The notes beneath the pieces are model-generated. The model did not search any database. It worked only from the letters and a program-made list of their open reading frames with translations, and was not told the origin of the DNA. Below are positions 9,052 through 18,346 of a DNA stretch of 20,000 nucleotides, piece by piece. The stretch lies in the IMG/VR virus record IMGVR_UViG_3300025132_007876; one strand, given 5' to 3'. A program made the position numbers and the translations under genes. Source of the stretch: an uncultured virus (IMG/VR IMGVR_UViG_3300025132_007876). Its lineage: Duplodnaviria > Heunggongvirae > Uroviricota > Caudoviricetes. How positions within the stretch are numbered: the stretch's first letter is position 1; every line of letters begins with the position of its first letter.

Positions 9052-10601
9052 TGCCTATAAAAAAATATTTTGCAAACTCAGACAACGTAATAAATAACAC
9101 ATATAAGGGAGCCAGTAATGAAATTAGAAATACTGGCTCAAATGCCGGCGTCTCTGATATAATCGAAACTTATTCATTATATAATCGAAGAGGCGCAGAG
9201 GGCCAAGAATTGGCAAGGTCGTTAATTAAATTCCCAGTATCTGACATTTCAGCAGACAGAGCAGCAGGAAAAATCCCAGCATCTGGAAGTGTAACATTCA
9301 AATTAAAATTATATAATGCAAAACATTATTATTCCACTCCTTTTAATTATGATATACAAGTGGCGGCTGTTTCTGTAGATTGGCAAGAAGGTCTTGGCTC
9401 GGACTTGGAGAATTACTCTCATGACACAAAGGATCAGCTTGGTAGTAATTGGATGAAAAGATCAGGAAACACCTCTTGGACTACCCCGGGTGGCGATTTC
9501 CACACAGATGCCTCTTCATCCTTTACTAAAACAATAACAGGAAAAACGGAAGACCTTGAAGTCGATGTTACAACCTTGGTAGAACAATGGATCGATAGTG
9601 TCGGTAATGTGTTGGGCTCTAAAGATAATTACGGATTTATTATTAAGCTGACAAACGAGTATGAGGCACATTATTCGTCATCAACAGGAACATTTTCCGG
9701 TAGTTTATTGCATAATCCAAACGGAACTACCAAGAGTTACTATAGAAAAATGTTCTTTGGCAGAGGCACGGAGTTCTTCTTTAAGAGACCAATAATAGAA
9801 GCACAGTTTGCTACTGATATCAAAGATGATAGAAATAAATTTTATATTAGTAGTTCGTTGAAGCAAAGCTATTCTGAAAACCTAAACAGGTTATATTTTT
9901 ACAATACTCACAATTCTAATTTGATTGACATTGGAGGCTCAAATTCTAATCTGCCAACAGTTCAGTTTTATTATTCATCAGGCTCAGTACCAGAAGGTAC
10001 AGCCCAAGGTGTATTGAATAGTGCCGCATCCGCAGTTACAAGCCTAACAGCCACTAGAGCATCTACTGGTACTTATTATGTCGATCTTGCAGTCACAAAA
10101 AGCGTAGTAACATCGACATACCCTTACCTTGTTGATGTCTGGTCTTATGGCGGAATGCAAGTCTTAACAGGATCAGCAATAACTTTACTGCCAAACACAC
10201 CAGACTATTCATCAGTTAAAAATAATTACATTCTATCAATACCAAACTTACTACCAGAATATTATAAAAATGACAATGCAAGGCTAAGGCTGTATGCAAG
10301 AAATAAAAAATGGTCTCCGAGTATCTACACAGTCTCTAAAGATAAACCAGAGGGCTTGACCGTGACCTCAGCATATTATAGAATATTGCGCTCGATTGAT
10401 GATTACGAAGTGGTGCCATACGGAACCGGTTCTGTAAAATATACCGAGTTACCATATGATTCTGAGGGCAATTATTTTGATTTAGACATGAATATATTGG
10501 AGCCCGGATACCAGTATATGATTAAAATTGCATTTTATGATGAATATACTAAACAATACCAAGAGCAGCCATATGAATTCAAATTTAGAGTAGTGGATTA
10601 A
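9051..10601 (+). CDS. Putative virion protein with an N-terminal DNRLRE/CBM96-like beta-sandwich and C-terminal Ig-like domains, 516 aa
   Basis: Motifs ELARSLIKFPVSDI, FKLKLY, WTTPGGDF, DLEVDVTTLVEQWI and NYGFIIK are typical of DNRLRE-like domains. The C-terminal half is beta-rich (STGTYYVDL, YFDLDMNILEPGYQYMIKIAF). Its start overlaps the gp6 stop (TAATG). Confidence 0.65.
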   Translation: MPIKKYFANSDNVINNTYKGASNEIRNTGSNAGVSDIIETYSLYNRRGAEGQELARSLIKFPVSDISADRAAGKIPASGSVTFKLKLYNAKHYYSTPFNYDIQVAAVSVDWQEGLGSDLENYSHDTKDQLGSNWMKRSGNTSWTTPGGDFHTDASSSFTKTITGKTEDLEVDVTTLVEQWIDSVGNVLGSKDNYGFIIKLTNEYEAHYSSSTGTFSGSLLHNPNGTTKSYYRKMFFGRGTEFFFKRPIIEAQFATDIKDDRNKFYISSSLKQSYSENLNRLYFYNTHNSNLIDIGGSNSNLPTVQFYYSSGSVPEGTAQGVLNSAASAVTSLTATRASTGTYYVDLAVTKSVVTSTYPYLVDVWSYGGMQVLTGSAITLLPNTPDYSSVKNNYILSIPNLLPEYYKNDNARLRLYARNKKWSPSIYTVSKDKPEGLTVTSAYYRILRSIDDYEVVPYGTGSVKYTELPYDSEGNYFDLDMNILEPGYQYMIKIAFYDEYTKQYQEQPYEFKFRVVD

Positions 10602-10605
10602 AGAC

Positions 10606-13600
10606 ATGAGTATAAAGGATCTTTTTGATGTTAGGATAAAAACATTCCAGAAGCAGCACGATGATTTAACAAGTGCTAGTTTCGGCGCAGAATCGATAGA
10701 ATATATTAAGGAAAAGCAAAAACTTAAAGATTTGTATGTTCCTCCTATAGATTTTTCAACAGCTTCAAATTTTGCAAAATACGGGTCTGCTGAATTATAC
10801 TATGATTTTGCGTTTAAAAGAGTCTTTAACCATTATCCATATGATGGAACACTAGCCGAGAAGGTCCAATTTGAAACAGAATCAACTCATCTGGACAGAT
10901 ACATCCTAGAATATATTTATCCTAGGACAAACGGCTATGTTAACCTTGGCTATCAAGGCCTTGACGGCTCCAAAGATTCATCCGGATACAACAACGCTAC
11001 CACAAAGGAATATATTTTTGTCTTTGGATCGATACACACAGCTTCCGGCGGAATGATCGGAAAGCCTATCCAAAGCGTGTTTGATAAATCCAACTATTAT
11101 AATGTCTCCGATGGAGCAAAGCAGGGCGCAAGTCTTGAATTCAAGCCAGTTTCTGGTAGCACTGTTGAGTTCTGGCTTAAAAAGGAAGCCTTTAACGCAA
11201 CATATGCTGATAACGAAGTCGTGTTTGACTTTTGGAACCAAGAGATATCAAGCTCAGCAAACTATGGGAGATTTACTCTCAACATAAGCAGTTCTGAAGA
11301 ATTCGTTTTAACGTGGGAATCTGGTTCAACAACAGGTACTAGAACAATTTCTCACCCCTCTTTGACAATATCTGATGGCAACTGGCACCATTATGCTGTT
11401 TCATTCCAGAAAGCAAATTCGGCAACACAAATAAAATTCTATCAAGATGGTACCCTGAAGCACACCACTTCAAGTGCGACAACAATAGAAGAGATAAAAG
11501 GCGTTTCTAAGGGCCTTAGTGCCACTATAGGTGCCCTAAACGCTGCTCCAAGTGGGTCAAGTACCCTTGAGCGTGGAGACGGTAAATTTTCGGGCTCTAT
11601 GGACGAATTTCGCTATTGGAAAAAAGCAAGAACTGCCGAAGAGATTGGTCTTGATTGGTTTTGCCAAGTTGGTGGTGGTAATAACAATTATAAATACAAT
11701 CAAGAACTTGGCATATATTTTAAATTCAATGAGGGCATAACGGCAACAAATCAAGACTCTGTTGTTTTAGATTATTCAGGTCGTATAGCCAACGGCGCAT
11801 GGACAGGGTATGTTGCCGGCGCAAGAAATACAGGCTCGGCAATGGTCTTATCAGGTAAAGCCAGATCAGAGTTTAAAGATCCAATTATGTATTCATATCA
11901 TCCAACCGTGTCCTCAAAGCACGCAGAAATGAAAACTTCAGGCTCAATCCAAGACGATGAAAGCACCAGTATGTTTTACCATCTGTTTCCATCTTGGTTA
12001 GTTGAAGACGACGAGATGAATGGGCTAAATACCAAATATATATCACAGATCGTTGCAAGTTATTTTGATACTGTGCATGCCCAAATTGCTTCAATGAACA
12101 GTGTGAAGGACCCTACATATTCCACGGGCTCTCTATCTGCTAATACTTTGGCCAACGACGTATTGAGAGAAAAAGGCTTCGTCATGCCGAATATGTTTGT
12201 CGATGCAAACGTTGTCGAGACGTTTAGAGGTAAAGATAAAAATGAGATCTATGAGCGTGACATCGAAAGAGTCAAAGACGTAATATACCAAAATATTTAC
12301 AATAATGTTGAATTATTATATAAATCAAAAGGTACTGAAAAAGCGTATAGAAACTTGTTTAGATGCATGGGTTTTGATACCGAATTGGTAAAGGTTAACA
12401 TGTACTCAGATAATTCTACTTTGCTTGTAGAAGATCGATACGAGTCCAAGTCTGTCGTAAAACCAGTAATAAAATTCAATGCAATGAACAATATGTCGGC
12501 AACTATTTATCAAAGTTCGTCTGCTGGCCTAACTTATATAACTGGATCCGAAGGGGATACTGAACAATACACATCCCTAACGCTAGAAGCAGATTTTATA
12601 TTACCAAGAAAACTCAAAAAAAATGAAACAGGGTATTTTAATACCTCTTTCTTGTCTGCATCAGTCGCTGGTTTTCACCGTGCTCTAACATCAAGCGCCG
12701 CAGATTATACATGGCACTCCGATGACTATAATCTTAGAATGTATGCGGTTAGAGACAAAATAGAGAGTGAAAACGTAAGGTTTGTCTTAACTGGCTCTGG
12801 CGTGGACATAACGTCTTCTTTATATAGAATGGCGTATGATAATCAAAAATGGTTGTTAGCAACCAGAGTTAAACACGAAGATTATCCTTATGCCGGAATA
12901 ACTGGATCCACAGCAGCCACAAAGAATTATATCGTTGAATTTTATGGTGTCAATACCAATGGCCCATACATTGATAACGGCCCATTTACCCTATCAGCGT
13001 CGGTCTCAAACGCAATTGGTAAGAAATTGTTATCCGTTGCCAAGAGAGTGTATGGCGGAACCCACAGAACCAATTACACAGGATCTGCATTACAGCAAAG
13101 TGATATAATGCTGTCGCAAGTACGCTATTGGCAAAGCTATATCGAAAACGAAGAACTTAAGCAACATGCATTAGATTCAGTAAATTATGGTGTCAATCAT
13201 GCGACACAGACTGATAGTATATTTGCAACACCTGAGCTTGAGATCCCAAAGTCAGAAACCTTGGCACTTCATTGGGACTTCGGCCAAGTAACGACTAGTG
13301 ACGGGACTGGTGTTTTTACATATGGAGATAGGTCTTCTGGCTCTGTGTCACATGCCGCAAAACACTCATTTATCGGAAATATTACAAACAGACTTCATGA
13401 AGGAAAAGGGGAGTTTTTCCCCAACTCATCTAAAGATGTTGTTGATAAAGCCACAATATATTCTGCTAAGCGAAAACTAGCAGAATCAGCATACTCTTCT
13501 GACGGTGTAAAAATTGTTGGAGAGGATAAGGAAGCATTTTTTCAAGACGACGATAGAAATGACATTTACTTTTCATTTGAAAAAAGCGCTTATGGGGCCG

Positions 13601-16600
13601 TTTCGGATGAAATGATGAATATGTTTGCGACTGTTAAGGACTTTAGTAATATGGTCGGCTTACCAGTTAATAGATATCGAGATTCTTATAAAACAGCAGA
13701 CAATTTAAGAAATATATTTTTCAACAGAGTAACCAACATCCCAGACCCAGAAAAGTATTTTGAATATTTTAAATGGATCGACACCAGTGTTTCATATGCA
13801 ATATCACAACTTTTACCAGCATCAACAAGGTTTGGAAACTCAGTTAAAAATATTGTCGAAAGTCATATTCTAGAGCGAAACAAATTTAGAGAAAAATTCC
13901 CATTCACATCGGAAAGGGTTTCTGAGCCCATTGGTTCTGCCATCGGCGCTCAGGCCTCAAAAGTTAATTGGTCTATTTCCCATGCTCCTCCTCCAAATTC
14001 GCCTATTCCAAATCACAAGCATTGTGTTTGGCAAAAAGTGCGTCGAAGATTTTCAGACCCAGAGCCTACTCCTGCTCCTATTTCAGCCGCTGGAATTGAT
14101 ACACTTCGAGATGTAATACACTCCAGTAACAACAATAAGGCACCAAAATTTTCAAATGCTGACGGTTCAACCTATGAGGGTGGCACTTATGCCCTAAGAA
14201 CGATTAATAAGCCTTATGAGTTTAGTGCCCTCTTTAAAAATACAATACATGGCGGCACAAACTATTATGTTGCCAAGAAAAGAAGTTTTGTTCATGAGGT
14301 TGTAAGGCCCCACGGCCCAGTTAGTCCAAAAGGTATTCCCGTAAATGTAATGGTAATTGGTGTTGGGGAAAAACAAGGTCTTGTAGATCAAACAAATTGC
14401 GAAGACAAAATTGACCCAAATCTTAAAGTAAAATATGATTTTCATGGCTTCCTTGGAGAATTCTCAGATGGAACAATGGGCGTTGCGCCATTGTCAGATA
14501 CAAATGAGTATACTTACGAAGTAAAGGGAATTATGGCGTTCCCAATTAATTTCATGTCACAATCTGTAAATGGTGGTTACGCTGATCATGTTAATAGTAA
14601 TTTTAAAACTAATCTTGAGATAGCGAATCTGCACTCTGACACTATCGATATAACAAATGATATCCCAATGCAGGGACCATTCACCGAAACTCATGTTGGC
14701 GGACATCAGTCGAGACACGTAAAGATTAATAAATATGATGCATCCCTGATAGACGATGAAACGGGCACCGCACCTCTCAATAATATACAAAATATTTACA
14801 CAAGACCAGAGGCTTGGAGATTACTAATTGGCGAACACTCTTCTTCATTACACCAAGACGGTGCAATGGGTTTTGTCCCTGCTGATTATGGTGTCACGAT
14901 TAATGTTCCAATCACAGACCCAAGGTATGGAAAATATCCAGATATTGCAAAGAAGAGGGCTACATTTTATCGTGACGAGAAGGCAAAACGGCCTGTAAAT
15001 GTGCGCCACATTCAGCATGACGCCGATGGTACTCGTGTTGGTAATTATAACAAAAAATACGAAGTTTTGAACGCTGTAGGGCGTAAAGAAAACAACCTCC
15101 TATTCAGAGTTAGTTCAAGCTTGTCTTATTATTTGACACCACGTATTTCAGCGTCATTACCACATACAACCCATCCTGTTTCGTTGTTCGGGCAAATGCC
15201 AACAGACTACGGTAAAGGTAATGTTTTTGGCTACCATATAGATACCAATCATAGACAACCAGACGGAAAAGCTGGCGCACCAACCACAACCTCATTTACC
15301 ATCACGGGCTCTGGGGTAACAGGTTCTGCTGTCGGCTCCATTCAATTTAATGAAGGTGGTTTAGGCGGCCAAACGCTTGGCATGAATATGACCGCCAGTT
15401 TTACAGCCACTGCCCTGACCGGTACAAGAAAATTGCATATAAGGTCGGGAAGCAGTATCCCTTCAGATACTGGCACTGATGTGTATGTAGTAACAGGGGC
15501 CAATCCAACGGCATTCTGGAATAGTATTAAGAGCAAGCTTGCGGATGTTCTCCAAGAGGGCGGTGCACCTAAATATGGTGTTACGTATTCTACGTCATCA
15601 ATTTCATATAGCCAAAACATGTACTCGTCTGCTTCTGCTGGCACTGCTGTTTATTTGAGCGCTAGCGCAATACCGGACTTCAACATAAAGACAACTTACT
15701 TTGGAATGAGTGCGTGGATTCATTTAAGATCAGCAGATGCTAGTACGGCAAATAAAACTATTTTTCAATTTAATAGCGGCTCTGGTACGCATGTAAGCAG
15801 GTATCTCACCCTAACAGGATCAGAGCTTCATTATGAAGCGGGGTATTATGATTCCACATCACCAGCAACTACAAATGTAGAAAGACACGCTTGGCGTGAC
15901 TTTGAAACCAAGGTTAGTGGTAGTTGGGCACACATAATTTTATATCACAACAGGACTGGTGCAACGGGATCCGGATCTGTTGATTTATTTGTAAATGGCC
16001 AATCAGCGATCAGTTACGGCCTAGCTGCCCCCATCGCTTCAACCCCACTCGGCGCTCATATTGCCCCCTCTGATGCAAAACCAATAGAAGCAGACGGAAA
16101 TATATTTTTCTTGAATAATTCATCTACCAATCACCCTTTTGTTGGGGGCATCGATGAAATTGCAATTTGGCAAGGAAAGGATTTATCTGATCAAAAAATC
16201 CCCGGTGCAACGTACCCAACTATATTATATAATGGAAATAGGGTAGCGTCCATAATTGGCAACTGCGCATTGCAGGATACATCCGGCCCTGCAACAAAAT
16301 TAATGGCACTCTATCAATTTACCACGGCTTCCGGAAGTGCTGGAGAAACAATTATCGACTCTTCAGTTAGAGGGAACAACCTAACATCCTCAATAGGCTG
16401 TGATGCTTTTCACCACGTCACTGGAGCTTCGAAGATACAGGGGGTCCAAAACGAACAAGTAGCTACATTTGCGATAACAGCAGTTACTGGTGGCGACACT
16501 TTTAATAGCGGTATAGGAATAACATCTGCTAATAGTTGTACCAATTTCATGCCAAATCAGCATACACCTACAGACATTGCTGGTGGGTTTATCTCCGGCT

Positions 16601-18345
16601 CCTCTCCTAACGGCGCCGATATAATTCAGTTTAGTTCAAGCAACGGTGCTCTCTTAACGCCAACCTTTCAGATTGTAAATGAAATACATAACACACTATC
16701 ACCAGTGTCTAATATCGCAGTTACAGCATCGCACACTGGATCGAACTCACAGTTTTGGAATGCTCTTTCGCAGTCTATCAAAGACAACACAGTATTCGGC
16801 ACTATCAACATTGTAACGTCATCCAATCAGGCGACATTCAGCTTAACGTCAAGCACGAATAATGAGATCTATAATGATTACAGCTTTAGAACAGTCAATA
16901 ACACAGTTGGCCAACACACCTTTATCTCATCAGGCAGCTTTACGGGTGGAGACACTGAAGTAAATTTGGCGTTTGATATGGTCTTGCCAGTTCCCGGACG
17001 AAACAAAGACGGCAACAATCACAGAACAGAAACAATTATTTCTTCTAGATTTGCTGCTCCCGGAGGACCCGAAGTCGATTCGGAAGGGTTCCTTGATGTT
17101 TATTCGAGAGAATATTCAGTTCATAATGCCTTACCCTATAGAAATTTAACAGTTAGAGGAAAAAGTAGTGGAGAAGCTGGCACAATAAGGCTCAACACTC
17201 ATCTAGATAAGAGAGAGGGCTTGGCCACACTGCTTTCGAGACATTCTGGAAAATTCGGTATTGATTCTAGGTATGGAGCAGTTTCTGAGACTAATTATAT
17301 TACAAACGCCTCTTATAATAAACAACACAGAAACACTTCGTACAAATATGCCTTAACTGGTACTGTAGGAAGCACAACAGTTTCTACTGCTTTTATAGAG
17401 AGGCACGACAACGCACTTATTGCATCTCCTCTTCCAAGAAGCGAATTCCAATATAGCTGGATCAATTCCGCTGTGAGTGGAACAGCAGATTGGAGACAGG
17501 GCCACAACATTGTTGGATATGCACCACCTAACGGAATAATGCAAGAGAGAAACGTCATAACTACATTCGCCAATTTTACTACTACTGGTTCTTATATAGA
17601 AGCCGGTAGCGCCGCCACTTGGAACAGTATAATTGGATCAGCATCATCAACGAAAAAGATGACTTTTGCCTTTTGGTTCAAGGTAACAGGAAGTGCCGCA
17701 GCCCAAACCCTGCTACATGTTGGAGACAAGGGCAGTGCTAATGGTCATATTCGGATTAGTTATACTACAGCAACAAGGCGAATAGGGTTCCACACTAATT
17801 ACAGCGGCCCCGCCGTAAAGCAATCATATATCACCGACAACTTAATTGAAGAAGATGAGTGGACCCATCTAGTAATCACATGGGATGGCAGTTTAACTCT
17901 CTCGCCGAAGTTTTATATAAACAGCGTACAGGCCGCCAGAACTAGTCTAAGCCCTGCGGGCACTTGGTTAGGTATTGCTACTGATCCTCTTACCATAGGA
18001 AATTTCCCATCACCTAATAATTCAGTAAGACTTCAAGGTTACATGTCCCATGTGTCTATCTACGACATTGAATTGTCTGATAGCACTGTGGGGGTATTAT
18101 ACAATAATGGAATGACAGACACCATCATAGCTAGCAATTCAGCTACGAAGCTTTTCTATCGTCCCGGCTTAAATCACAAATCAGATGATTTTCAAGCCAG
18201 AGACAGTAGTACTATTTTGTATGACCTGAGCCCCGATGAAAGACACTCAGAGGTTATGAACAATGTTACAATTGATGAAGAGAGCAACTATGCGGATATT
18301 TATCCGATAAACTTCCCATCAGCATCAGAAATATTTGGAGTATAG
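10606..18345 (+). CDS. Giant baseplate/adhesin protein: gp7/gpI-like wedge scaffold carrying four LamG (concanavalin A-like) domains, 2579 aa
   Basis: Wedge-type motif LLYKSKGTEKAYRNLFRCMGF at about 12313-12375. LamG signatures at four places: TVEFWLK..NWHHYAVSF..FSGSMDEFRYWK; a divergent LTLEADF..KWLLATRV..SQVRYWQ; MSAWIHL..WAHIIL..GGIDEIAIW; and MTFAFWFK..EWTHLVITWDG..QGYMSHVSIY. It follows the gp25- and gp6-like genes. Confidence 0.75.
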   Translation: MSIKDLFDVRIKTFQKQHDDLTSASFGAESIEYIKEKQKLKDLYVPPIDFSTASNFAKYGSAELYYDFAFKRVFNHYPYDGTLAEKVQFETESTHLDRYILEYIYPRTNGYVNLGYQGLDGSKDSSGYNNATTKEYIFVFGSIHTASGGMIGKPIQSVFDKSNYYNVSDGAKQGASLEFKPVSGSTVEFWLKKEAFNATYADNEVVFDFWNQEISSSANYGRFTLNISSSEEFVLTWESGSTTGTRTISHPSLTISDGNWHHYAVSFQKANSATQIKFYQDGTLKHTTSSATTIEEIKGVSKGLSATIGALNAAPSGSSTLERGDGKFSGSMDEFRYWKKARTAEEIGLDWFCQVGGGNNNYKYNQELGIYFKFNEGITATNQDSVVLDYSGRIANGAWTGYVAGARNTGSAMVLSGKARSEFKDPIMYSYHPTVSSKHAEMKTSGSIQDDESTSMFYHLFPSWLVEDDEMNGLNTKYISQIVASYFDTVHAQIASMNSVKDPTYSTGSLSANTLANDVLREKGFVMPNMFVDANVVETFRGKDKNEIYERDIERVKDVIYQNIYNNVELLYKSKGTEKAYRNLFRCMGFDTELVKVNMYSDNSTLLVEDRYESKSVVKPVIKFNAMNNMSATIYQSSSAGLTYITGSEGDTEQYTSLTLEADFILPRKLKKNETGYFNTSFLSASVAGFHRALTSSAADYTWHSDDYNLRMYAVRDKIESENVRFVLTGSGVDITSSLYRMAYDNQKWLLATRVKHEDYPYAGITGSTAATKNYIVEFYGVNTNGPYIDNGPFTLSASVSNAIGKKLLSVAKRVYGGTHRTNYTGSALQQSDIMLSQVRYWQSYIENEELKQHALDSVNYGVNHATQTDSIFATPELEIPKSETLALHWDFGQVTTSDGTGVFTYGDRSSGSVSHAAKHSFIGNITNRLHEGKGEFFPNSSKDVVDKATIYSAKRKLAESAYSSDGVKIVGEDKEAFFQDDDRNDIYFSFEKSAYGAVSDEMMNMFATVKDFSNMVGLPVNRYRDSYKTADNLRNIFFNRVTNIPDPEKYFEYFKWIDTSVSYAISQLLPASTRFGNSVKNIVESHILERNKFREKFPFTSERVSEPIGSAIGAQASKVNWSISHAPPPNSPIPNHKHCVWQKVRRRFSDPEPTPAPISAAGIDTLRDVIHSSNNNKAPKFSNADGSTYEGGTYALRTINKPYEFSALFKNTIHGGTNYYVAKKRSFVHEVVRPHGPVSPKGIPVNVMVIGVGEKQGLVDQTNCEDKIDPNLKVKYDFHGFLGEFSDGTMGVAPLSDTNEYTYEVKGIMAFPINFMSQSVNGGYADHVNSNFKTNLEIANLHSDTIDITNDIPMQGPFTETHVGGHQSRHVKINKYDASLIDDETGTAPLNNIQNIYTRPEAWRLLIGEHSSSLHQDGAMGFVPADYGVTINVPITDPRYGKYPDIAKKRATFYRDEKAKRPVNVRHIQHDADGTRVGNYNKKYEVLNAVGRKENNLLFRVSSSLSYYLTPRISASLPHTTHPVSLFGQMPTDYGKGNVFGYHIDTNHRQPDGKAGAPTTTSFTITGSGVTGSAVGSIQFNEGGLGGQTLGMNMTASFTATALTGTRKLHIRSGSSIPSDTGTDVYVVTGANPTAFWNSIKSKLADVLQEGGAPKYGVTYSTSSISYSQNMYSSASAGTAVYLSASAIPDFNIKTTYFGMSAWIHLRSADASTANKTIFQFNSGSGTHVSRYLTLTGSELHYEAGYYDSTSPATTNVERHAWRDFETKVSGSWAHIILYHNRTGATGSGSVDLFVNGQSAISYGLAAPIASTPLGAHIAPSDAKPIEADGNIFFLNNSSTNHPFVGGIDEIAIWQGKDLSDQKIPGATYPTILYNGNRVASIIGNCALQDTSGPATKLMALYQFTTASGSAGETIIDSSVRGNNLTSSIGCDAFHHVTGASKIQGVQNEQVATFAITAVTGGDTFNSGIGITSANSCTNFMPNQHTPTDIAGGFISGSSPNGADIIQFSSSNGALLTPTFQIVNEIHNTLSPVSNIAVTASHTGSNSQFWNALSQSIKDNTVFGTINIVTSSNQATFSLTSSTNNEIYNDYSFRTVNNTVGQHTFISSGSFTGGDTEVNLAFDMVLPVPGRNKDGNNHRTETIISSRFAAPGGPEVDSEGFLDVYSREYSVHNALPYRNLTVRGKSSGEAGTIRLNTHLDKREGLATLLSRHSGKFGIDSRYGAVSETNYITNASYNKQHRNTSYKYALTGTVGSTTVSTAFIERHDNALIASPLPRSEFQYSWINSAVSGTADWRQGHNIVGYAPPNGIMQERNVITTFANFTTTGSYIEAGSAATWNSIIGSASSTKKMTFAFWFKVTGSAAAQTLLHVGDKGSANGHIRISYTTATRRIGFHTNYSGPAVKQSYITDNLIEEDEWTHLVITWDGSLTLSPKFYINSVQAARTSLSPAGTWLGIATDPLTIGNFPSPNNSVRLQGYMSHVSIYDIELSDSTVGVLYNNGMTDTIIASNSATKLFYRPGLNHKSDDFQARDSSTILYDLSPDERHSEVMNNVTIDEESNYADIYPINFPSASEIFGV
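11100..11830 (+). other. LamG-like domain 1 of the 2579-aa protein (approximate bounds)
   Basis: SGSTVEFWLKK, DGNWHHYAVSF, IKFYQDG, FSGSMDEFRYWKKARTAEEI, LGIYFKFNEG, VVLDYSG. Confidence 0.85.
12470..13410 (+). other. Divergent LamG-like domain 2 (approximate bounds)
   Basis: TSLTLEADF, YDNQKWLLATRV, LSQVRYWQSYIENEELKQHA and LALHWDF occur in LamG order but match the consensus weakly. Confidence 0.55.
15610..16440 (+). other. LamG-like domain 3 (approximate bounds)
   Basis: FGMSAWIHL, SWAHIILYHN, VDLFVNG, FVGGIDEIAIWQ, TILYNG, LMALYQF, TIIDSSVRGNNLT. Confidence 0.8.
17565..18275 (+). other. LamG-like domain 4 near the C-terminus (approximate bounds)
   Basis: KMTFAFWFK, DEWTHLVITWDG, PKFYINS, PLTIGN, LQGYMSHVSIYDIELSDSTVGVLYNNG, ILYDLS. 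Confidence 0.85.
18337..18340 (+). promoter_or_regulatory. Shine-Dalgarno-like RBS of the last ORF
   Basis: GGAG 6 nt before ATG 18347, inside the last codons of the upstream gene. Confidence 0.5.
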
Positions 18346-18346
18346 A

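Noticed and set aside
12958..12987. Short direct repeat AATGGCCCAT / AACGGCCCAT (NGPYIDNGPF)
   Set aside because: A two-copy micro-duplication in coding sequence with no array structure.
15270..16950. Apparently higher GC in the nested insert as evidence of horizontal acquisition
   Set aside because: I did not quantify it, and it is plausibly explained by Gly/Ala/Thr/Ser-rich composition. A GC3 or codon-usage analysis would be needed.
16681..17133. Intein-like C-terminal motifs EIHNT (16681-16695) and SVHNA (17116-17130)
   Set aside because: I see no intein block A or B and no homing endonuclease motifs upstream. SVHNA lacks the +1 Cys/Ser/Thr, and IHNT lies inside repeat module B.
17565..18345. 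Possible diversity-generating retroelement target at the C-terminal lectin-like domain
   Set aside because: There is no reverse transcriptase gene or template/variable repeat pair visible in the window. The fold looks LamG rather than C-type lectin.
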